A stretch of 64,000 nucleotides of DNA from Eledone cirrhosa. Taxonomy: Eukaryota. Under the pieces are notes generated by a model that saw only the letters and a program-made list of their open reading frames with translations, was not told the origin of the DNA and made no database searches. Position numbers and translations under genes: made by a program. Location: NCBI GenBank assembly GCA_964016885.1, contig CAXHJY010001108.1, forward strand, positions 62,001-126,000, read 5' to 3'. This document shows positions 19,129 through 32,204 of this stretch, piece by piece. The stretch's first letter is position 1. Every line of letters begins with the position of its first letter.

Positions 19129-19179
19129 GTATATTAATTCAAAATATTAACAAAATAGATATTCTTGTGAACAAGTATA

Positions 19180-19242
19180 TTTTATTATACATATTTCAGA
19201 GGTACTGAGTTAAGTTCAACAGTACGTCCTCATCAGATAAAA
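19180..19242 (-). ncRNA. Hammerhead ribozyme inside a ~35-bp inverted repeat (19129-19165 / 19293-19327)
   Basis: TTTTAT-CTGATGA-ggacGTACTG..CAGTACctct-GAAAT ATGT ATA-ATAAAA. Confidence 0.75.
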
Positions 19243-19418
19243 TAAGATGATGCATGACATACCATGACATAGTAGATGGTTAAGATTCAGTCAGAATATC
19301 TATTTTGTTAATATTTTGAATTAATATTAATAACTCTGGAAACCCTTTCCTTGTTGAGTGCTTCCAATCTATTGTAAAACTCATTCTTTGATGTATTCAT
19401 TGAACCTTTTTAAACTTT

Positions 19419-19471
<53 letters not shown>

Positions 19472-20027
19472 GTTTGTGTGTGCGTGTATTATGTGAGTGT
19501 GTGTGTGTGTGGTTTGAAATTGCAAGGAAGCCGATACATCGGTAGGTCCGTAGGTAGGTATTCGGGTAGGAAGGAATGTAGTTAGGTAGGTTGACTGGCT
19601 GGTCGGTAGGTAAGTAGATAGAAGAATGTGTATTGCGAAAGTCTGGTGATGGCACGGACATTTGGCAAATATTATAAACGACACGGGCTAAATAAAACAA
19701 AGGAAAATAATCCATTTTATCTCCTTACACGTAAAATCAGTAAGAAAAGCAGAAAACTATTCAACAATTACAGTAAAGGTCAAAACACGTGACCTATTTA
19801 TTATTATTTTTTACCCTTGAATTCATTTTCTGATATGTATGGCTAGTGACCTCCTTGTGGTCTACCATTCTGTAAGCTATTTCTCTGTAAGTTCCTCCTA
19901 CCATCACAGTAAATAAAATGTATTGTGGAATACTTTGCTGTTGAAGCTAGTTAGCCTGCTATTCAGAAGACTATCAAGTCAAAACTTGTATCATATATAT
20001 GTATATATCCACTTATAGATACGCATA

Positions 20028-20064
<37 letters not shown>

Positions 20065-20199
20065 TCATATACACATATAAATATATATACATATACATGA
20101 GCATACACACACACACATATATATATGCATATATTCATGCATATATACATACATGCATACATACATATATACAAACATACATACATACAAACATACATA

Positions 20200-20550
20200 C
20201 ATGATGGTTGACCCCTCGGTATCGAGAATGGCCATTGCACGATATACCATTATTAATAATTATTAATTAATTCTATCGTGCAATCCCTGTGCATGAAGAT
20301 ATTTTTTAAAGTGTGGAAAGACTGTGCACTGAGCCAATCCCACTCTCTGAGACACAGTAGCTATAACCCGAAAGGAAGAAAAGATCAACATCATCGGTAA
20401 CTACTGAGCCGCAGGTTTTATATCGGAGTTATCCCAGTTTACTCAGTACAACCTGTCGCATGGTCGGGTCGTCGGCGACTAAACCGGCAACCCCACCAAG
20501 TTTACTTGGTGAGTAGGGTGATTTTGGACACCCTGCAGGACAAAAAACAA
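20200..20550. mobile_element. Family G repeat fused to an inverted piece of its 5' region
   Basis: 20200-20440 matches 55520-55770; 20445-20550 matches the reverse complement of 39485-39592. Confidence 0.75.
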
Positions 20551-20983
20551 ACATACATACGTACACACATACAAACATACATACATACATACATACTTAC
20601 ATGCATATTTGATATTGTTTCAAAAGACATTTAAGTTACAATTCATTAAAATACGAAGGTAAATTACTGTCGTATAGCCCATCACTAACTCCACCACACC
20701 ACCATTAACTCTTCTACCCCACTACAAAACTCCACCACCCACCACTAACTCCACCACTGCCATCATCACAATAACAATGACACCAATTTCAAAGCTGTAA
20801 ACAATAGCCGATAACTTATCAGACTTGAAATACAGCACAACATTCCTTTGTATTGACCCCTTGCTGTGCCAGACGAAGTTAAGACTAAATATCCCAGCCA
20901 CCCCACTCAGCCCCACCCTTACTGAAGTAACAAAACCATAAATAAGGAAATATTAAAATAAGTTGCTGCTGATGCGGCTCTTC

Positions 20984-21047
<64 letters not shown>
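20984..21047. repeat. (GATA)n, 3' flank of the Tx1-like element
   Basis: Direct reading. Confidence 0.97.
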
Positions 21048-21048
<1 letters not shown>

Positions 21049-23198
21049 TGTTTCTTTTATTTGCCACTAGGGCATCAAAAGTGGGACAAGTACAAAGGGG
21101 GGAGTTTACACAAAAAGGCGTCCTCAATAAGGAGGAGGCAATAACAAAATATAAAAATAAAATAAGATATAACAAAAAATAAAATTTATAACAAAATCCT
21201 CAATAGAGAGGAGGCGCTTTGGGGGGTCGCACACACCCCCGAAAAAAGTGTGCAACCCTTTTCCTCAGGAGCACAGAGAGGGGGTGCTCCCTCGTTCCTT
21301 CCTCTTTTCCACCTACAGGCTTATGTAAAGAGAAGGCCCATTCACACGGGCCATTCTCGCCACTTTCACCCACCTTTCATAAAAACGACTGGGGTGCAGC
21401 ACCTCTCTCTCCATCCTGATCCTTCTTCCGAAATGATATCGGAAGAAACGGACCAGTTGTTGGCCAGAGAGAAAGGTGCCTGACCTCAGTCCTTTCAGAC
21501 GCGTCCACCATACAACCTCTTTCGCCATGGCTATTACGCACAGAAACACCGCCTCTGCTTCATCTTTGAAGGGGGGAGGCGGCTTGATCATTACAATAGA
21601 CTCGGTGGTCAACCGGATCGGTCCCACCCTTGACAGCAGTTGTTCGACATAGCCCCACAGATCGGCTACGCCCGAGCAGTGTACCAATGCGTGTGCAACG
21701 GTTTCCTCGTCGCACACGCATCTGGGACAGATCTTTTTGGCGGGGTCCCTACCCGGGCGCCCGTGTCTGTAGAGCCTTTCTCGAACGGGTAAAGCCCCTC
21801 GGTAGCACTGCCAGGCCAGGGACTTCTGGAAGTTGTCCATAGGTCCCGGGCTGAATGTCCTACCGAACAGGCTGGCCAGTTCGTCCTCCTCCATGTCTAG
21901 GGCTTCTCCGAGGGCGTCGTCGCACCTGCTGCGTACCAGCCCTCTATAGAATGTTGCGGTGGAGTCTCCACTGATAACCGGATCCGCCTGCCAGAGGGCG
22001 GTGAGCGCCTGGGCACACTCAGTGTGCCAGGCGCCCAGTTTTCTCGGTCTTTGCTTGACCCAGGATTGCAGCTCGGTGAGTGAGACGAGTCTGGGAAAGG
22101 TTCGTCTCACAAACGAGGCCCACACCGGTTGACCGGTGAGGAATACGTGAAGGTACCGTAGCCTTAATGCGTGTTTACGCATCATTAGCCACGGCATCCC
22201 CAGCATTACTGTATCTTCATCAAACTTGATGAAACCAGCTAATATCCACCAGATGTTTATATTTGGTGTGATATTAGTTACTCTTATTTTTTGGGTCCTT
22301 TTTCCCATATATGTGTGAACAAAGGTGTAGCGGGGGGGGGGGGGGGGACACAATTGGCGACACAGAATATTTTTGTGCCGTCAATTGGTCTTTCATTAGC
22401 ACCGAAATGCTTCCAAAAAGTTTACCTTTTGGGATGAAGGCAATATCCTTCATTGAATTCTTCAGAACCAGTTCAATTTCGTTTTGAGATAATTGGACCG
22501 GTTTTTTAGACACATTTGAAACTGTCCTAAAAATTATAGTTTCTCTACGTAACTGTTGAGGAGAAGTGATGCTGAAAGCACCACTCTCACCAAAAGTTAC
22601 ATACTGCTTTGCATCACTTAACAGCTCCCTAGCATTGGAAATGTCAAGGTATGTAAACAGTTCCGTCTTTTGGACGGTTTGTGCGAAGGAAATCTTTTCC
22701 TTGTGAAGTTGTTCGTGTTGCTGTTGTTGTTGGTGGTGTTGTTGGTGTTGTTGTTGTTGTTGTTGTTCTTGTGTCATTGTTGTTGTTCTTCTTGGTGTTG
22801 TTTACATTTTTCATGTTATTGGTGTTGGTGTTACAATCAACGTCCGACATGGTGTTTTCAAAACTGACGACATTTTCGACGTCTTTCAATGAGGTGGTGA
22901 GAGGAGATGACTGCGAGCTTAACACTCTTACCGCCTCTCCACCACTTCTAGTACTGGACGCGTCGTTCATGACTGAATGCAAAATTGTTTACAATTTCTT
23001 TCACCGAAAACATTTTTTCAAACGAAAATTTCACCCCAGGGAGGGGTGAAGATGACTTGACCCACCGTCTTAAAGCCCAGACGTGGGGTCAAGCTATAAA
23101 ATAGTATCAAATTTAACAATAAATTTTTGATTTCTTACCTAGAAAATCAACAAAAACTTACCAGTGAACTGGCATACGTCTATCGAGATAGGAGATAC
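21048..23198 (-). mobile_element. Tx1/L1-group LINE with internal deletion of endonuclease and RT
   Basis: 5' UTR, frameshifted ORF1 N-terminus (22200-22982), then ORF2 C-terminus GMPWLMMRKHALRLRYL..WQCYRGALPVRERL..CPRCVCDEETVAHALVHC (zf-RVT type CCHC); AATAAA just before the (TATC)n flank. Confidence 0.85.
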
Positions 23199-23330
<132 letters not shown>

Positions 23331-23643
23331 GATGGAGAGGTAGAGAGAAAGGAGGAAAGCTGGAAAGAGTTACATTAATTCACGTTAACTTGAAGATATG
23401 CAATTCAAATATTTTGTGTAGGTCGTACAGTGAGGACGAGGCATATGGCCAGTGAGGATGAGGTCTATGATTTTAAGGCAGGTTGGTGTATGTGCTGCTG
23501 CATCTATTAGGAGTAATTCTAAATTGCTGAAGTTCTTTTGTTCTCTTACCTTTAATTACGTTATGTACTCTACATGTACATACATACCTGTTCAATATGT
23601 ATTTAACACTGATTTCAAAATTACTAAACTACTAATTTGAAAT

Positions 23644-23952
23644 CGAGCATACATATCACTTCTGAACACGGGCTATTACTAGTTGAAATATGTCCTATCT
23701 GATATGAGCAGCCTATCGCCCGCTTAAATATGACGTGTAGCCTGGGCATATTACTATTTGTCATGAGGCCTACATTTCACATCTGATCTAAGCCTATTAC
23801 CAGTTAAAATGAGACATATATTTCATGTCTGATCCTAGCATATTAACAGTTTAAACGAGACCTACATTTCACATCAGATCTATACATTAAATTAGGTTGT
23901 TAAAATGAGCCTACATTTCACATTCTGCTTAGAGATATTACTAGTTGAATTG
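23644..23952. repeat. Degenerate ~46-bp minisatellite
   Basis: GAG(A)CCTACATTTCACATCTGATC..TATTA(C/A)(C/T)AGTT recurs at ~23644, 23765, 23811, 23857 and 23907. Confidence 0.75.
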
Positions 23953-24370
23953 GGTACTGTTCCCAGATACGTACAGGTAAACATGTGATATTCTTAAATT
24001 TAAGTGCAATATCCAAAAGAAAGTATCCTACAATATATCATATTTTAATATTTAAAAACAATAAGAAAATCAAGAGATAAGATATCGTTAGCTAAATTAG
24101 TGACCTAGTTTTGATTCTCTGTTGAAGACGCCATGTTTTACACACATACCTTTGAACTAAGCAAAGCTATTTGACTGAATTAAAAAAAAAAAAAAATTCA
24201 GAAGAAAAGTTGCGCCCACTTCGAAAAAAAAAAATCAATATTCCATACAACCATATATATATAGATCTATATATATATATAATGGCCAACAAATAAAACA
24301 GTACTTACAGCAGAGAGATTTTAAACCATACTAGAAATAGCAGCCAAATCTCCCTCAAATAACAGTCTAC

Positions 24371-24531
24371 CAGTGCCGGATTTAGGACAAATGAGGCCCT
24401 GTGATAGTTAAGTTATGATGCCCCTTACTTAGATCCGGAAGGAGGTAATAATTTTATTTAGCAGAAGATAGGCCCTCCCCTTGGCAACGGAGCCCTGAGC
24501 ACACCTAAGCACAATGATAAATCCGGCTCAG
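24371..24531. mobile_element. hAT-type MITE
   Basis: TIRs CAGTGCCGGATTTA / TAAATCCGGCTCAG and a perfect 8-bp TSD CAGTCTAC on both sides. Confidence 0.85.
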
Positions 24532-24909
24532 CAGTCTACTGTTTATTTACTGACCCAACGTATGAACATAAATGTGGTAGAAAAAGAAAACAAAGCTTTA
24601 TGAAATGACCTACTACTATATACTCTATGCATATATAGGACTCAACAAAAAAGCCCCTACTTAACATGTAAATTTGTTAGAAAGAACAGCCAAATCTTCC
24701 TAAAATCACACCTTTCTTTAAAAATGATATGTTACTTACAATATGTCTGAAAAACAAAAATGGAACGGTCATATCTGGAATATCTTGTGATCATAGTTTT
24801 GTCAATTGATTAAACGTTCACGCGTTTCGCCTGAATTGTGTTGTAGGCAAACGTCATGATTTGGTCTGCTCGGGAAAATATCTGACGACTAATTCATAAT
24901 ATAGGAATG

Positions 24910-25717
24910 TGAGGCCGCCTGTTGACGTTAAGTACCCCAACGCACTTGGGATGCCATCCAGTGCAGCCTGGCCTCAGACAGGCTCCGGCGCCAGCTCGAC
25001 CAGCACCGCCTTGCTTGTTTTCGTGCAGCCTCCAAACCCCACAGTGGTGCCTGGCTCCATGCCTTGCCCTCCTACTCTACTGGCACGCAGCTAGACAACC
25101 ATAGCCTGCGCATCGGCATTTCCCTGAGGCTCGGCCTCCCGATCTGCCAGCCACACCAATATGTGGACTCTTTCGGACTCCACCCGCTTTCCTGTCGCCA
25201 CAGTGCCGGCTGCATTCCACGCCATGCTGCCCTCAACGAGGTCATTAAGCATGGCTTGGACGCTGTAGGCTTCCCTTCCCAGCTTGAGCCGGTGGGGCTG
25301 GATCGAGGGGACGGCAAAAGGCCAGATGGCATTACCATCTTCCCGTTCCGCGGTGGCAAACCCCTCGTCTGGGATGCCACCTGCACCGACACTTTCTGCA
25401 GCTGCAACCTGGTGCAGTCTGCGACTGACCCAGGTTCTGCTGCACGTCGGGCTGAGGAGGCCAAGCTCCTCAAATACTGGTCGCTCTCCGACAGCTTTGC
25501 GATCGTACCCCTGGCAGTGGAGACTTCTGGTGTCCTCGGCCCCAGGGTAGCCTCCTTACTCACCACCAAAGGTGCTGAGCTGGCCAGCCGCAGGTGTGAG
25601 CCCCTTGAGTTGGAGTGGATTTTCCAGCGCGTCTCCCTTGCCGCCTTCCGGCGAAACGCCTTTTCCATTCTGTCCGCCGGGGCTGTGGATGAACCCCATC
25701 GCGTATCATTTTTGTAA
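24910..25717 (+). pseudogene. CRE-clade non-LTR retrotransposon 3' fragment (zinc-knuckle remnant + restriction-like endonuclease)
   Basis: LRLGLPIC..HPLSC..RHAALN..LEPVGLDRGDGKRPDG..WDATCTDT..AEEAKLLKY..PLAVETSG..FQRVSLA; GC-rich island. Confidence 0.85.
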
Positions 25718-25868
25718 ATATGACAACAATCTATCCAACTAACGACGTATTATCAGCGAGAGATTGTGTTGATTATTTATATGTGTGTGTGCGTGCACGC
25801 GTGCGTGTAAGCATACACACACAAACACATATGCATATACATGGACATGTGTGGATATGTATATCTAT

Positions 25869-25973
<105 letters not shown>

Positions 25974-26396
25974 TTGTAAACACCTGACCATTTTGCTGAC
26001 TTTAACACACCATGTTAATACACCCACTTAATGAAAACCCTTTCTTTACTTAGAATAAATGAACCTTGAAAATTAGGAGTGTCTCCATTTGTATCATTCT
26101 GTAACATTATGTATTTTTCTCTAAGTATAGTTTTTTCAAAGAATCCTCATTCTTTAAATCCATCAGCCCACGACCTCGAACCATCTCCATCACCACCTTC
26201 CCCTACCACCAGAAAATGTATAAATGCCACCATATCACATTGACAGTCGGCTTTCCTGATGATTTCCTTTGAATTAAACAGTTCTAGTCATGTAGAAGAA
26301 GCCATTTATATATATAAATATATATATACGTTATTCCCGGTTGAATCGGAGGTAACCACAGTAAATAAGGTACTCAATACATAGCAGAATATAACA

Positions 26397-26500
26397 GTTT
26401 TAATATAGATGAGATTCTACAGGACTAGAACTGTTTCATTCTGATAATTTCTAAAGAATGAAACAGTTCTAGTCCTGCAGAATCTCATCTATATTAAAAC
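26397..26500. repeat. Fold-back centred on a decayed hammerhead core
   Basis: ~46-bp arms; centre reads CTGATAA tttc taaa gaat GAAAC A GTT; sister core CTGATGA..TAAACAGTT at ~26256. Confidence 0.8.
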
Positions 26501-26596
26501 TTAAATATATATATATATAACGAAGGAAGTGTGATAAGGAACCAGGTGGACCATAACGCACTAGAGTACTCGATATTGTGGGAGGTAGATTGGGTA

Positions 26597-26716
26597 ATAT
26601 GAAAAGAGTCAGGACCCCGACGGCAGAGCTCAAGCCGTTTTGACAGCTATTTCTGGACAGAAATAGCTGTCGAAACAGCTTGAGCTCTGCCGTCGGGGTC
26701 CTGACACTTTTCATAT
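26597..26716. repeat. ~59-bp-arm near-perfect palindrome
   Basis: GAAAAGAGTCAGGACCCCGACGGCAGAGCTCAAGC..GACAGCTATTTCTG|GA|CAGAAATAGCTGTC..; related single arm at ~37225-37285. Confidence 0.92.
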
Positions 26717-26865
26717 ATATATATATAGAGAGAGAGAGGGAGGGAGGGGGAGAGGGAGAGAAGATTTAATATAGAAAATCTTGTATATACTATACTATGT
26801 ATTGAGTTCCTTACTTACTGTGGTTACCCCCGATTGAACCCAGGACACTCATCTCTCTCTGTCTC

Positions 26866-26957
<92 letters not shown>

Positions 26958-27752
26958 TAGGCATATGCATACACATAGACATGCGTATATACAAATATGT
27001 ATGGATATGTATAAATATAATTATATATGTGTGTGTGTATGAGCGTGTGTGTGTGGGTGTGTTTGTGTGTTTGCGTATAAAATGTGTAAGATATCACTGT
27101 TAAAATGACTACAAAGTAATATGATAGAAACCTCTCTATCAACCACACCCAGGCGCCGTCAAAAGATTGACGGGTGTATTCCGCGTATATTGCATGTGTT
27201 ATACGTTGAGGATAGGACTAATTTTATCACCCGATTGTGTGATTATAAAGAAAAAGATCGCTCGAATAGATAGTGGTAGTAAGAGCGGTAGTGGTAGGTG
27301 TGGCGGTGTAAATAGCGTTGTTGTTTGTGTTGTTTGCAGACGTTCCAACCTCTAAAAACCCAAACGGAGTGTACCATGAAAAGAAAGTTCACTAAAACGG
27401 GGAGAAATGAAGCAAACTGGGGAGATTTTGCATAATGATAAAGCTATACGGGAACATCTTTGACCCTAAAGTGGGTGAGAGATGTCCCCGTCCAACGGAG
27501 AGAGTTAAACAGGTTGCGTTTGGGATGACTTGTGCTGTATGAGAATTTAATGATGGTAATTATGGTGAAGAAAGCATTGTAGTTTTTGGTATAGTGTGAG
27601 CTAGGTGTTAACTATCTGTTCTCTCCCTTAGTGTCCGTAGAATAAAATTATAAATATAGACGTACAAGTCGACCCATGCCGTCAATAAAGATGGCCACAG
27701 TATTGAACGTGTTTACTGTTTGGTGTCTAGGATTGGTATGACTTATTGAATA

Positions 27753-27937
27753 GATTGGCAGTATCGGTAGAGGGTTGGACGCAATGCTATGACGCATAGA
27801 GTTACGACCCTTGCCATTCTGAGTTCAAATCCAGCCGAGGTTAACTTTGCCTTTCATCCTTACGGGGTCGATAAAATAAAGTACCAGTAATGTACTGGGT
27901 AATTGCTGGCCTTGTGCCAATAGTAGAAACAATTATT
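27753..27937 (+). mobile_element. Octopus-type tRNA-derived SINE
   Basis: TTGGCAGTATCGGTAG A box, GAGTTCAAATCC B box, body AACTTTGCCTTTCATCCTTACGGGGTCGATAAAATAAAGTACCAGT..GGCCTTGTGCCAA. Confidence 0.85.
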
Positions 27938-28323
27938 GAATATATGAACAATCATACAAATTGCGGAATTCGCGCTTTGATAGATTAATTGTTTACATAA
28001 TAGAAACCCATAGTTTATGTTGATTACTGACACGTGGAAGTGATTAAAGATAACAGTAATATTTCAATAATTTATTTCTAGATAAAATTACACAAAAGTT
28101 CAGCATATACATACACATGACATGCATGATCAAATGTATTAGTAACTTTGGAGAAATAACTATTTACTGGGTCAAATATAGGGTTAGAACCCAGGACCTT
28201 GTTATTGGAAACCAAACTCCTTTTTGTAGCAACATAACTGAGATAGGAAATGTATTGTGTATGTGAGTATATGAATATATATATAAGGAACTGTTTCTTT
28301 GTTTATTCATTATTTTTTTAATA

Positions 28324-28422
<99 letters not shown>

Positions 28423-28785
28423 TCTGTGTGTATGTATTTGTGTATATATAGGATACGTTGTCTAACGTGGTCCTGTGTTCATGGTATGTACATAAGTAAA
28501 AAAAATATTGGATGTCTACAGTAGGAATGCGTTTAAACCTTGGTCTGGTCGATCAGGGATGACTTGATGCTAAACAAATAATGCACAGTTTGTATGTATG
28601 TATATATGGTCCCGTAACTCCCGATAGAGTCGTAGGACCGCCGTATTGATGTACAGCGTTTCTTGGTCATTTTAAGCCTGGCGGAGTCCATCCCTCTCCA
28701 GGTTTGAGTACAACAGATTTCTTTCAGACAAAGATTGAAAGTGAGAGAGAGATATAGAGGAAGAATTGAGCCTCACTCAATACTA

Positions 28786-28926
28786 AACTGGTACTTTATT
28801 ATCAACCCCGAAAAGATGAAAGGCAAAGTTGACCTCAGCGAGATTTGAACTCAGTGAGCAGAGAGCTGGAATGAATACCATAAAGCATTCTATCTGACGT
28901 TGTAACGACTCTGCCAATTCGCTGCC
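28786..28926 (-). mobile_element. Octopus-type SINE, partial
   Basis: Reverse complement of the same body. Confidence 0.75.
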
Positions 28927-29172
28927 TAAAACACAATATAGATTCTTAAAATTCATAGTTCATTTATTTACAATTTCGTTTTCCTTTCTATTTGTAAATT
29001 CGTGTATACATATTTTCCCATCTGTAGAAATTTATAAACCAATTATGTATCTAAAAAAGTGCCTATCACTCAAGATAAACAGTAATACATAACAGAGCAA
29101 AGAAATAATCACTGAACAACTAGGTATGTACTAGGAAGGGGGCGCTTAGCAATTAAAACAATCTAAGCTAAA

Positions 29173-29340
29173 TAATTGTTTCTACGTTAGGCACAAGGCC
29201 AGCACTTAACCAGTGCATTACTGGTACTTTATTTTATCGACCACATAAGGATGAAAGGCAAAGTTAACCTTGGCGGGATTTGTACTCAGAAAGGCAAAGG
29301 CCGTAACTCTATACATCAAAGCATGGCATCCGACCCTCTA
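29173..29340 (-). mobile_element. Octopus-type SINE
   Basis: Reverse complement of the same body. Confidence 0.8.
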
Positions 29341-29619
29341 ACAAAACTAAAACAATATTGAAATGCCGCAAGCAGAAAGTGAGAGACAGGTTTATTTCTG
29401 AAATAGCTGGCCTTCTTGTATTCTCTTGCTATCATTGGGATTTCCTTTCTGTTTTTCTGTTGTCGTTAGGAAAAAAACCCAGTGGCTAGTGACTTTAAAC
29501 ACACACACACACATATATATATGTATATAAATATATGTATATTAACCATGTAACAGAATATATATAATGCCATAAACAATTATGGTGATTTAATCCCGTC
29601 TTAACTACCAATATTTGAT

Positions 29620-29812
29620 AAGGGCGGTGAATTGGCAGTATTGGTAGAAAAGTCGGACATGCTTTCCAGCGTAGTTACGTCCCTTTACGATCTGAGTTCA
29701 AATCCCGCCGAGGTTAACTTTGCCTTTCATCCTTACGGGGTCGATAAAATAAAGTACCAGTAATGCGCTGGGATAATTGCTGGCCTTGTGCCAAAAAGTA
29801 GAAACAATTATT
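29620..29812 (+). mobile_element. Octopus-type SINE
   Basis: AAGGGCGGTGAATTGGCAG head, B box, same body. Confidence 0.85.
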
Positions 29813-30133
29813 TGATAAATGAATACTCCGTCACTCAATATTACCTACCTGGGATAAACTACTGACGTGTAGTGATTTGTTCCCTAGGACCTGCTTATCA
29901 CCAGCAAGTTACTACATAACACCTAAGATAAACAACACTCTTTTACAACTATATATATATATATTTATTAAAATAATAGATTTAAGTTTAAGCAAAGAAT
30001 CGCTGTTATTTTAATCGCTTTAAACTTTAATCTGTTATTTTAATAAATATTTGTTCTACGGTTCTTATATATTTGATATATATTTATCCTTATCGAACCC
30101 TCTTTGGATTTTAGTCTTTAAATTTATTATTAT

Positions 30134-30175
<42 letters not shown>

Positions 30176-30179
<4 letters not shown>

Positions 30180-30450
30180 CATGCTTTAAGACGCCACATT
30201 TTCTCAATTTCAATTGGTAGATCTTTATACTTACTAAGCCTTCCGAACTCTTTCGAGATGTTATTATCTGAAGGTATGCTCATGTCAATTAAGAAACATG
30301 TTTTCTCTTTATGGTCCTTTACAATTACATCATGTCTGTTGGCCTTGATTGTTCTGTCAGTATTCACAGGAAATCCCAGAGGATTGTTATGTTCTCTCCT
30401 CCTGTTACTGCATCTGGGTGATGGTTGTACCATTTTCTACCCATTTACAG
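30176..30450 (-). pseudogene. R4/Dong-clade restriction-like endonuclease fragment
   Basis: FPVNTDRTIKANRHDVIVKDHKEKTCFLIDMSIPSDNNISKE..LSKYKDL.IEIEKMWRLK. Confidence 0.82.
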
Positions 30451-30462
30451 ACTATTATTATT

Positions 30463-30657
30463 TGCGGTGGGATGGCAGTATCGTTAGAGGGTCGGACGCC
30501 ATGCTTTTCAGCAAAGAGTTACGGCCCTTTATGGTCTAATTTCAAATCCCGCCTAGATTAATTTTGCCTTTCATCTTTACGGGGTCGATAAAATAAAATA
30601 CCAGTAATACACTGGATTAATTGCTGGCCTTGTGCCAAAAGTAGAAGCAATTATTAT
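30463..30657 (+). mobile_element. Octopus-type SINE
   Basis: Same head and body. Confidence 0.82.
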
Positions 30658-31151
30658 TTTCTTATAGAAAAGGTAGTCCAACGGGTTAAACGGTCAGACG
30701 TTCGCAAACACCCGGGCACTCCAACAAGCTATGGCTATTGTTGCATAGACATGGGGGTGACGCTGCGGCATTTGTAGAGATTCCAGGATAGTGAGCGCGT
30801 GCAGTCACCTTTTGACAGACACGTTTTTCTTCGGCATTTTTTCTCTCTATTCCTTACACACACACAAACACACACACACACACACACACATACACACACA
30901 CACACTTCTATCAATAAGATTTTGTCACGCCCTTTACTGTCAACTACAACCACTGCCCAAGATTCATTGGATGTCAGTTATAAAAAAACAAAACAAATAA
31001 AGTTATGATCAAAGAAAAAAATCACACACACACACACACAGGCACATACATGCATACACACACACACACGCACATATATACACATATACATACACACACA
31101 TGCATACCTACATACATACATAGATACATGCACAAATACATGATTTCTGAT

Positions 31152-31285
31152 TTAGGCACAAAGCCAACAATTTTGTGGAAGGTAAAGTCGATTAAATCGA
31201 CCTCAGTGCATTACTGGTACTTTATTTCATTGTCACCGTAAGGGTGGAAGGCAAAGCTAACCTCAGCGGGGCTTGAAATCAGAAC
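31152..31285 (-). mobile_element. Octopus-type SINE, partial
   Basis: Reverse complement of the same body. Confidence 0.7.
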
Positions 31286-31992
31286 ACAATGTTGTATGGA
31301 CAGTTTAAATTTCGTTATTCTTTTGTTATAGTTACTCATTCCAGAGCTTTGTATTTATCCGTCCCACAAAAGTGACTATTTATATCTTATAACAGCGTTT
31401 TCTCTGGCGACCAGTTTCTCTTTCTAAGTTGTTAATTCTCAAATTACAAAAAAAAAACCTTCCACTTCCTTTCAGCAGTCTTATCCGAGAACCCGGAATC
31501 TAGTAGCGACGTTATTTACCACGCTACTCCAGCAAACTTTCAGATTTCCTTCTGTTTGCCAAAAGAAAGAAAAAAAACAAACAATCAAGGAATCGTTTAT
31601 CTACTTCGTGAAGCTCCTTGTTATATCTACTTCCTCTTCGTATCATCTCTCCTTCACTATTCTCTCTCTGTCTGTCTCCAGCCTACGACCCTATATCCGG
31701 TTTCACCTACCGAAGCATCTATAAAGAAAATTCATTTTTTTCTCGTTAGCTCTTCACTGATCCATAACGAGACCTACACTACACAGGGTTTACAAAAACA
31801 CATAGGAGAGAAATAAATTGATATGGAAAATATTAAATAAAGATGTTTTATTATTATATTACATTCAAAGTAAAGGATGTCATAAATGATACAAAATCAA
31901 ACATATGTCTTGTCTCTAAAAACAACTCAAGATAAACAAATCGAGCCTTAATAAGAAATGAAATATATTCATATACACCTAAGCGTGTACTA

Positions 31993-32178
31993 AGATATAT
32001 CAAAGTTTAAAGACTAGAGAATCTGTACTGAATGCAAGATTACTTAATCCGTAGAGCATCTTATTAAAATTAATAAAAACTAAAACACCCTACCTGGTAA
32101 TGATCAATATACTTCCCACTACGAAAGTAATCTTGCATTCAGTAGAGATTGTCTCTAGTCTTTAAGCTTTGATATATC
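31993..32178. repeat. Inverted repeat with ~50-bp arms
   Basis: GATATATCAAAG..AAAGACTAGAGA..TACTGAATGCAAGATTACTT and its reverse complement. Confidence 0.85.
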
Positions 32179-32204
32179 GTAACAATGATTTATACATTTA
32201 TAAG

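Noticed and set aside
23644-23952. CRISPR-like periodicity of ~46 bp
   Set aside because: Whole units are homologous and degenerate, there are no unique spacers or cas genes, and the context is eukaryotic; it is a minisatellite
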